In this document: piece by piece, positions 1 through 7,492 of the stretch
Numbering within the stretch: position 1 is the stretch's first letter
Layout: each line of letters opens with the position of its first letter
From: Histomonas meleagridis 2922-C6/04-290x
Taxonomy: Eukaryota; Protista; Parabasalia
Direction: 5' to 3'
NCBI GenBank assembly: GCA_020184695.1
Contig: JAANOX010000043.1
Coordinates: 1 to 11,150 of the forward strand
Length of the DNA stretch: 11,150 nt
Notes under the pieces: model-generated
Database searches by the model: none
What the model was told of the DNA's origin: nothing
Seen by the model: only the letters and a program-made list of their open reading frames with translations
Made by a program: the position numbers and the translations under genes

Positions 1-118
1 TCGCGTGATACGCTCGCTTCAAGCCGCGCTACATAAAAGAAAGCATTAACGACGAGAGGATGATTGAAAATTAGGATTAACGGTCGAGTTTAAAATAAGC
101 ATGTGCGAAAAATCTAAC

Positions 119-226
119 TATAACCTGTAACGTAACGTTACCTGTAACTTTGACATTTTGGAAAAAAGAAGAAGAATAAAGAACATGAGATGCAAAAACC
201 AAGGTTACGTTACGTTACAGGTTATA
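119..226. promoter_or_regulatory. Perfect 20-bp inverted repeat with GTAAC/GTTAC iterons; candidate replication origin or operator (copy 1)
   Basis: TATAACCTGTAACGTAACGT (119-138) is the reverse complement of 207-226. The 68-nt spacer is A-rich, and the repeat ends 52 nt before the helicase ATG. Confidence 0.6.
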
Positions 227-278
227 AATTAAGTCTAGTTTTAAAGTAGTAATTTGATTTTTTAATGCAACTAAAAAG

Positions 279-1649
279 ATGTCAGAAGTTACAATCGACA
301 TAAACGACAAATTCAATCTAATGGACATTAGAAAAAATAAAAACTATGATTTAAACGGAGATGAAGCAATAAATGATTTAAAGAAATGTTTTTTAGTATG
401 TGATTCAACACCTGAAGTATTTATGTTTAAAGATTATGACGCAGTGAATGATTATGTTAAAGTAAGTTACACATTGAAAAACGTTGCAAAACAAGAGCTA
501 AAAAAATAATTATTGGCAAAAGAATCGAAAAAAATAAAACAATTTATGTTTCCGCCTGGGATGAATATTTAGAAAATACAAGAATATTCACGGTGAATGC
601 ATTAGAATTTTATTCCGAAGACCCTCAAATTTTTTCTTACTTTAGAGGTTATGATTATAAAAAGCTTGATAAAGTAAAAACAGAAATTATACAACCATTT
701 TTAGATCACGTCAGAGAAGTAATAGCAAATGGTAATGAAGAAATTTATAGATATATTTTAATTTGGATTGCATCAATTCTTCAAAAACCAAATTTCAAAA
801 CTGGAGTTGCTTTAGTTATATTAGGAAATCAAGGAACAGGAAAAAATACATTCTTTACAGATGTAATATGCAAATTAATGGCGAGATACGCAAATGAAAA
901 TGTTACGAATATAGAATCAGTAGTCGGTAAATTTAATGCAACATTAGAAAACAAAAAAATTACTGGTTTTTAAATGAATTACAAAGTATTGATACTAATA
1001 AATTTTTTTAAATTCTGATGCGTTAAAATCTATTATAACAGATAAAACAATAAATATAAATCAAAAAGAATGAACCGATGAGAGAAACAGAAAAATGTTG
1101 CGAATTTTTATAATGGTATCGAATAATGATGTTCCAATAAAGATTGAAAGTTATGATAGAAGATATGTTGTAACAAAAACAAGTGATAAGCATTTACAAG
1201 ATTTTGATTATTTCTCAAAACTTGCTGATTCATTCACGCCTGAATTTTATGAAAATTTATTTACATTCTTTATGTTAATGGATGTGTCGAAAGTAAATTT
1301 AAGAAGAATTCCGAACAGTGAAGCAAAAGAAAATATAAAAGAAGCTTCAATGTCAAGTTATGAAATATTCGCTAGAGACAATTACGAAAAAATCAAAAAC
1401 ATAACAGGTCCTGATTTATTTAATTTATATTGTGATTTTGTTGAAAAAAATAAATTCAATAGTTGCAGTTCAAGGACTTTTATTGCAAATATGAAAAAAT
1501 TCACTGGAAATGCTTCTGCAAAAAGGATTGATGGAAAAGTATTTAAAGTATATAATTTATTGCCAGAAGTTTATGATAGGTTTGAAAAATATCACAAAAA
1601 ATTAGAAGAACAAATAGTTGATGATGAAGTTGATGATGATGCTTTATGA
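279..1649 (+). CDS. SF3 (poxvirus D5 / NrS-1 DUF5906-like) helicase, ~455 aa consensus, copy 1 (apparent homopolymer frameshifts)
   Basis: Joining track ORFs across copies gives Walker A GNQGTGKNT, Walker B LLVLNE, motif C NFIMVSN, Arg-finger DRRY, a D5-type helical segment (PFLDHVREVIANGNEEIYRYILIWIASILQKP) and a C-terminal wHTH-like region (LFNLYCDFVEKNKF..SSRTF). Confidence 0.88.
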
Positions 1650-1882
1650 ATATGTTTATTTTTATCAAAAAAGTACCATTAAAATTTCAAGGGTTAAAAA
1701 ATAACCAAAAAGTGAACCCTTTACGAAACGGAGTAAATGAGCATTTTTTGAATGATTTAACGCAAAAGTTGAATGACAAAAATCAGAATATCTCGTTATA
1801 TGATAGTCATTTTCACATGATTTACATATCAAACGAATCGCAAAATTATGTACTATTCAATGCTTATAATTTCATGTTTTAA
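1646..1882 (+). CDS. Hypothetical 78-aa protein overlapping the helicase stop (ATGA), copy 1
   Basis: Open and the same length in all three copies, with a 4-nt ATGA overlap. No recognisable motif. Confidence 0.35.
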   Translation: MNMFIFIKKVPLKFQGLKNNQKVNPLRNGVNEHFLNDLTQKLNDKNQNISLYDSHFHMIYISNESQNYVLFNAYNFMF

Positions 1883-1986
1883 AATTGATGACATCATAAA
1901 TTTATTTTTAGATTTTTGTAATTAACACTTAAAAATTGATGTTTCATTCGTGTGTGTGAGTGATTTGTCGATTTTAGCAATCAACG

Positions 1987-2871
1987 CTGATAAATTCATG
2001 TTTTAAAATAATGATATATCATTAATTCCTTTGTCGAATGTTGTAACAAACGCTGATAAATTGAACGAACGTAAACTTGTTTTTAATAAATGTTTTTATC
2101 ATTAATCCTTTGTCGAATATAAGCAAGCAAACGCATAAATCTACATCTGATGTTAATGTTTTTCATTGAATCCTTCGTCGAATGTTGCAATAGAGCTGAA
2201 AAATTGAACGAACGTAAACTTGTTTTTAAAAATAATGATATATCATAAATTCCTTTGTCGATATAAGCATAAACGCCTTAAATCAACATAGTCATTAATG
2301 TTTTATCATTAATCCTTCGTCGAATGTTGTAACAAATGCTGATAAATTGAACGAACGTAAACTTGTTTTAAAATAATGATATATCATAAATTCCTTTGTC
2401 GATATAAGCATAAACGCCTTAAATCAACATAGTCATTAATGTTTTTCATTGAATCCTTCGTCGAATGTTGCAATAGAGCTGAAAAATTGAACGAACGTAA
2501 ACTTGTTTTTAAAATAATGATATATCATAAATTCCTTTGTGAATGTTGTAACAAACGATGATAAATTGAACAAACGTAAACTTGTTTTAAAATAATGATA
2601 TATCATTAATCCTCTGTCGAATGTTGTAATAAACGCTGAAAAATTGAACGAACGTAAACTTGTTTTGTTCGTATTGAATCGTAGTGATTTGCAAATTTTG
2701 AGCGTTTGATGCTTAAAAATTGTTGTTTGAAAATAATGTTTTATCATTAATCCTTTGTCGAACTTTGCAAAAACACTGATAAATTCAACGAACGTAAACT
2801 TGTTTTAAAATAATGTTTTATCATTAATCCTTTGTCGAACTTTGCAAAAACACTGATAAATTCATGTTTTA
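1987..2871. repeat. Array A: composite tandem repeat of ~78-nt and ~63-nt subunits with TAATG-N6-CATTA-like dyads, copy 1
   Basis: Dyad-like sites at 2009, 2088, 2154, 2233, 2296, 2374, 2437, 2515, 2593, 2734 and 2811, each followed by an ATCCTT(T/C)GTCGA-like core. Bounded by CTGATAAATTCATGTTTTA at 1987 and 2853. Confidence 0.93.
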
Positions 2872-2966
2872 GTTCACGTGAGTCGTTAATGGTTGTGTCG
2901 ATTTTAGATTTTTTTTTAAATAATGAGGTAGCAAAGTAACCGGTAATTTTTATATTAACAGTATAG

Positions 2967-2991
2967 TGTCGGAGCCTTCCGACATCCGACA
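2967..2991. other. Small GC-rich hairpin with a duplicated right arm
   Basis: TGTCGGA-GCCT-TCCGACA followed immediately by a second TCCGACA. Also present at 6245-6269 and 10185-10209. Confidence 0.55.
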
Positions 2992-3180
2992 TGAATTTTG
3001 ATTTGTGACTTGTTACTGTTACCAGCACATTTTACAGAATTCTGTTTATAAGAATAAATTAACAGAAGAAACAACAGACAAAAACAACTAGATGAAAGAA
3101 TAACAGAAGAAACAAGAATATAATACTTATAAATGTACTGTTAAATGAAGGTATCAAATGCTGTTAATTTTGTTACCGCT

Positions 3181-3433
3181 ATTGTTACCATCACCTTTAA
3201 CAGTAATTATAAGAAAACAATGACTCATTCAAATCAAAAAAAACAGCAAAGAAAACTCCGATTCACACATAATCGACTTTGAAAATTGTTACCATCACCT
3301 TTAACAGTAATTATAGAAAACAATGACTCATTCAAATCAAAAACAGCAAAGAAAACTCCGATTCACACATAATTGACTTTGAAAATTGTTACCATCACCT
3401 TTAACAGTAATTATAAGAAAACAATGACTCATT
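3181..3433. repeat. Array B: ~101-nt tandem repeat, 2.5 copies, copy 1
   Basis: ATTGTTACCATCACCTTTAACAG at 3181, 3285 and 3385. Each repeat contains TGTTA-N10-TAACA and AATGACTCATT. Confidence 0.93.
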
Positions 3434-3548
3434 ATTTAGAATCATTAACTTTTATCATTAAATTCAAAAAATAATTACAATATAATTTATCTCTTAACAT
3501 CAAACTCTCCATTAAATTCTTCATTAAATTCTTCGTCGATTTTTCTTT

Positions 3549-3880
3549 CTATAAAATACACGTGTATTTCTTCCAAATATTTTTATACTGCATTTTTATA
3601 AATTTCTTTTTTTCCATCAGCTCTCTATCCAATGCTGTCTTACTTAGTTTAAAACGATCGTATTTTGAGTACTGAACGTATAACCGGTTCATTTCTGATA
3701 CTGTTATATATTCTATTTCTTCGTCATGATATATTGCATTCTTCCAACATTCTTGAATATCATCAAGGAAATCTTCAAGTGGCGATTCTTTAATGCCTCT
3801 AAGTTGATTTTTGAACAATCGACGAGTCGTAACGGTCAAATAAATTTCTTTTTCACAAAATCATTTAGATCTAAAGACAT
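3549..3880 (-). CDS. ~110-aa protein resembling the C-terminal (winged-helix) part of a D5/DUF5906-type helicase, copy 1; mini-gene or remnant
   Basis: The consensus (SLYNYL)MSLDLNDFVKRNLF...IKESPLEDFLDD...ITVSEMNRLYVQY aligns by eye to NLFTFFMLMDVSKVNLRRI...EASMSSYEIFARD...ITGPDLFNLYCDF of the + strand helicase. The ATG is at 3880. Confidence 0.5.
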
Positions 3881-3909
3881 TAAATAATTATATAAAGATA
3901 ATGGAAAAT

Positions 3910-3924
3910 ACACACACACACACA
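3910..3924. repeat. (AC)n microsatellite abutting the GC hairpin
   Basis: ACACACACACACACA; also present at 7183-7197 and near the window end. Confidence 0.85.
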
Positions 3925-3968
3925 GCGCTATTGAAGCTTCGCGTGATACGCTCGCTTCAAGCCGCGCT
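3924..3968. other. Imperfect GC-rich stem-loop at the copy 1/2 junction
   Basis: Nested stems AGCGC/GCGCT, TTGAAGC/GCTTCAA and GCGT/ACGC around a GAT loop. Confidence 0.65.
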
Positions 3969-4056
3969 ACATAAAAGAAAGCATTAACGACGAGAGGATG
4001 ATTGAAAATTAGGATTAACGGTCGAGTTTAAAATAAGCATGTGCGAAAAATCTAAC

Positions 4057-4164
4057 TATAACCTGTAACGTAACGTTACCTGTAACTTTGACATTTTTGA
4101 AAAAAGAAGAAGAATAAAGAACATGAGATGCAAAAACCAAGGTTACGTTACGTTACAGGTTATA
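4057..4164. promoter_or_regulatory. 20-bp GTAAC inverted repeat, copy 2
   Basis: Same arms as 119-226. Confidence 0.6.
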
Positions 4165-4216
4165 AATTAAGTCTAGTTTTAAAGTAGTAATTTGATTTTT
4201 TAATGCAACTAAAAAG

Positions 4217-4968
4217 ATGTCAGAAGTTACAATCGACATAAACGACAAATTCAATCTAATGGACATTAGAAAAAAAAAATAAAAACTATGATTTAAACGG
4301 AGATGAAGCAATAAATGATTTAAAGAAATGTTTTTTAGTATGTGATTCAACACCTGAAGTATTTATGTTTAAAGATTATGACGCAGTGAATGATTATGTT
4401 AAAGTAAGTTACACATCAGAAAACGTTGCAAAACAAAAAGCTAAAAAAAATAATTATTGGCAAAAGAACTGAAGGAAACAAAACAAAAAATGTTTCCGCC
4501 TGGGATTTATATTTAGAAAATACAAAAATATTCACGGTGAAGGCATTAAAATTTTATTCCGAAGACCCTCAAATTTTTTCTTACTTTAGAGGTTATGATT
4601 ATAAAAAGCTTGATAAAGTAAAAACAGAAATTATACAACCATTTTTAGATCACGTCAGAGAAGTAATAGCAAATGGTAATGAAGAAATTTATAGATATAT
4701 TTTAATTTGGATTGCATCAATTCTTCAAAAACCAAATTTCAAAACTGGAGTTGCTTTAGTTATATTAGGAAATCAAGGAACAGGAAAAAATACATTCTTT
4801 ACAGATGTAATATGCAAATTAATGGCGAGATACGCAAATGAAAATGTTACGAATATAGAATCAGTAGTCGGTAAATTTAATGCAACATTAGAAAACAAAA
4901 AAATAGAATATCACAAAAAATTAGAAGAACAAATAGTTGATGATGAAGTTGATGATGATGCTTTATGA
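4217..4968 (+). pseudogene. SF3 helicase, copy 2, internally deleted (lacks Walker B, motif C, Arg finger and wHTH region)
   Basis: Reads ...NATLENKK-IE-YHKKLEEQ..., with ~625 nt missing relative to copies 1 and 3. The deletion may be a read or assembly artefact. Confidence 0.75.
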
Positions 4969-5201
4969 ATATGTTTATTTTTATCAAAAAAGTACCATTA
5001 AAATTTCAAGGGTTAAAAAATAACCAAAAAGTGAACCCTTTACGAAACGGAGTAAATGAGCATTTTTTGAATGATTTAACGCAAAAGTTGAATGACAAAA
5101 ATCAGAATATCTCGTTATATGATAGTCATTTTCACATGATTTACATATCAAACGAATCGCAAAATTATGTACTATTCAATGCTTATAATTTCATGTTTTA
5201 A
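4965..5201 (+). CDS. Hypothetical 78-aa protein, copy 2
   Basis: Translation identical to copy 1. Confidence 0.35.
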   Translation: MNMFIFIKKVPLKFQGLKNNQKVNPLRNGVNEHFLNDLTQKLNDKNQNISLYDSHFHMIYISNESQNYVLFNAYNFMF

Positions 5202-5305
5202 AATTGATGACATCATAAATTTATTTTTAGATTTTTGTAATTAACACTTAAAAATTGATGTTTCATTCGTGTGTGTGAGTGATTTGTCGATTTTAGCAAT
5301 CAACG

Positions 5306-6149
5306 CTGATAAATTCATGTTTTAAAATAATGATATATCATTAATTCCTTTGTCGAATGTTGTAACAAACGCTGATAAATTGAACGAACGTAAACTTGTT
5401 TTAATAAATGTTTTATCATTAATCCTTTGTCGAATATAAGCAAGCAAACGCATAAATCTACATCTGATGTTAATGTTTTTCATTGAATCCTTCGTCGAAT
5501 GTTGCAATAGAGCTGAAAAATTGAACGAACGTAAACTTGTTTTAAAATAATGATATATCATAAATTCCTTTGTCGATATAAGCATAAACGCCTTAAATCA
5601 ACATAGTCATTAATGTTTTATCATTAATCCTTCGTCGAATGTTGTAACAAATGCTGATAAATTGAACGAACGTAAACTTGTTTTAAAATAATGATATATC
5701 ATAAATTCCTTTGTCGATATAAGCATAAACGCCTTAAATCAACATAGTCATTAATGTTTTTCATTGAATCCTTCGTCGAATGTTGCAATAGAGCTGAAAA
5801 ATTGAACGAACGTAAACTTGTTTTAAAATAATGATATATCATAAATTCCTTTGTGAATGTTGTAACAAACGATGATAAATTGAACAAACGTAAACTTGTT
5901 TTAAAATAATGATATATCATTAATCCTCTGTCGAATGTTGTAATAAACGCTGAAAAAAATTGAACGAACGTAAACTTGTTTCGTTCATCTGAATCGTAAG
6001 TTATTTAAAAATAATGTTTTATCATTAATCCTTTGTCGAACTTTGCAAAAACACTGATAAATTCAACGAACGTAAACTTGTTTTAAAATAATGTTTTATC
6101 ATTAATCCTTTGTCGAACTTTGCAAAAACACTGATAAATTCATGTTTTA
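5306..6149. repeat. Array A, copy 2 (unique insert shortened by ~37 nt)
   Basis: Same subunit order as 1987-2871. Confidence 0.92.
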
Positions 6150-6459
6150 GTTCACGTGAGTCGTTAATGGTTGTGTCGATTTTAGATTTTTTTTTAAATA
6201 ATGAGGTAGCAAAGTAACCGGTAATTTTTATATTAACAGTATAGTGTCGGAGCCTTCCGACATCCGACATGAATTTTGATTTGTGACTTGTTACTGTTAC
6301 CAGCACATTTTTACAGAATACTGTTTATAAGAATAAATTAACAGAAGAAAAAAAAAAAAAAAACAACTAGATGAAAGAATAACAGAAGAAACAAGAATAT
6401 AATACTTATAAATGTACTGTTAAATGAAGGTATCAAATGCTGTTAATTTTGTTACCGCT

Positions 6460-6711
6460 ATTGTTACCATCACCTTTAACAGTAATTATAAGAAAACAAT
6501 GACTCATTCAAATCAAAAACAGCAAAGAAAACTCCGATTCACACATAATCGACTTTGAAAATTGTTACCATCACCTTTAACAGTAATTATAGAAAACAAT
6601 GACTCATTCAAATCAAAAAAACAGCAAAGAAAACTCCGATTCACACATAATTGACTTTGAAAATTGTTACCATCACCTTTAACAGTAATTATAAGAAAAC
6701 AATGACTCATT
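6460..6711. repeat. Array B, copy 2
   Basis: Same ~101-nt unit, 2.5 copies. Confidence 0.92.
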
Positions 6712-6827
6712 ATTTAGAATCATTAACTTTTATCATTAAATTCAAAAAATAATTACAATATAATTTATCTCTTAACATCAAACTCTCCATTAAATTCTTC
6801 ATTAAATTCTTCGTCGATTTTTCTTTC

Positions 6828-7153
6828 TATAAAATACACGTGTATTTCTTCCGGATATTTTATACTGAATTTTATAAATTTTTTTTTTCATCAGCTCTCT
6901 TTCATGTTATTTCTTACTTAGTTTTAAAACGATCGTATTTTGAGTACTGAACGTATAACCGGTTCATTTCTGATACTGTTATATATTCTATTTCTTCGTC
7001 ATGATATATTGCATTCTTCCAACATTCTTGAATATCATCAAGGAAATCTTCAAGTGGCGATTCTTTAATGCCTCTAAGTTGATTTTGAACAATCGACGAG
7101 TCGTAACGGTCAAATAAATTTCTTTTCACAAAATCATTTAGATCTAAAGACAT
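6828..7153 (-). CDS. D5 C-terminus-like small protein, copy 2 (frameshifted near 6920; 3' end approximate)
   Basis: Track ORF 6914-7192 begins at a GTG in the microsatellite; the first ATG is at 7153 (MSLDLNDF...). Confidence 0.42.
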
Positions 7154-7196
7154 TAAATAATTATATAAAGATAATGGAAAATACACACACACACAC

Positions 7197-7241
7197 AGCG
7201 CTATTGAAGCTTCGCGTGATACGCTCGCTTCAAGCCGCGCT
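7197..7241. other. GC-rich stem-loop at the copy 2/3 junction
   Basis: Identical to 3924-3968. Confidence 0.65.
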
Positions 7242-7329
7242 ACATAAAAGAAAGCATTAACGACGAGAGGATGATTGAAAATTAGGATTAACGGTCGAGT
7301 TTAAAATAAGCATGTGCGAAAAATCTAAC

Positions 7330-7439
7330 TATAACCTGTAACGTAACGTTACCTGTAACTTTGACATTTTGGAAAAAAGAAGAAGAATAAAGAACATGAG
7401 ATGCAAAAAAACCAAGGTTACGTTACGTTACAGGTTATA
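7330..7439. promoter_or_regulatory. 20-bp GTAAC inverted repeat, copy 3
   Basis: Same arms as 119-226. Confidence 0.6.
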
Positions 7440-7492
7440 AATTAAGTCTAGTTTTTAAAGTAGTAATTTGATTTTTTAATGCAACTAAAAAG

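Larger units (their letters stand above)
1..3938. repeat. Copy 1 of a ~3.94-kb head-to-tail repeat unit (complete gene set)
   Basis: TCGCGTGATACGCTCGCTTCAAG starts at 1, 3939 and 7212, and all internal features recur in the same order and orientation. Confidence 0.98.
3939..7211. repeat. Copy 2 of the repeat unit (3273 nt, two internal deletions)
   Basis: Collinear with copy 1 except for a ~625-nt gap at 4904-4907 (helicase) and a ~37-nt gap near 6001 (array A insert). Confidence 0.97.

Noticed and set aside
475-605. Diversity-generating retroelement mutagenesis
   Set aside because: The changes are not restricted to adenines, and there is no reverse transcriptase or separate template repeat.
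279-1649. Helicase copies 1 and 3 as true pseudogenes, or programmed frameshifting
   Set aside because: The indels lie in A/T homopolymers and differ among copies, and the consensus is open. This is the pattern of long-read error.
1987-2871. Array A as a CRISPR array
   Set aside because: The sequences between conserved cores are recurring variants of two types rather than unique spacers, and there are no cas genes.
2436-3028. Minus-strand ORFs in array A (KTSLRSFNLSAFVTTFDKGLMIYHYF repeats), also at 5322-6306 and 9125-9966
   Set aside because: The 78- and 63-nt periods are multiples of 3, but the 63-nt subunit puts TAA TGA...TGA in that frame in every copy, and the other frames also stop. 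These are best read as by-products of the repeat.
3040-3125. Purine-rich stretch reading like a protein tail (NKLTEETTDK...LDERITEETRI)
   Set aside because: It has no start or continuous frame in any copy and is explained by a 15-nt direct repeat at 3060 and 3101.
279-3880. Alternative genetic code (TAA/TAG = Gln)
   Set aside because: The consensus helicase needs no stop read-through and its Gln codons are ordinary CAA.
3934-3939. HindIII site at the unit boundary as a cloning or ligation artefact
   Set aside because: AAGCTT also occurs inside the unit (662 and 1342), and the window ends do not match the A^AGCTT cut.
3924-3968. CRESS-DNA virus origin or Helitron end
   Set aside because: There is no TAGTATTAC-like loop, no CTRR terminus at the expected distance, and no HUH endonuclease motifs in any ORF.
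4153-4353. 66-aa minus-strand ORF antisense to the helicase start
   Set aside because: It is called only in copy 2, depends on a homopolymer indel, and has no motif.
6347-6363. Poly(A) runs here and at ~8650-8666 as retroposition scars
   Set aside because: They replace normal sequence of about the same length in single copies, which is typical of basecalling artefacts.
6513-6710. 65-aa ORF in array B
   Set aside because: It is a translation of the 101-nt repeat, is open only in this copy, and the period is not a multiple of 3.
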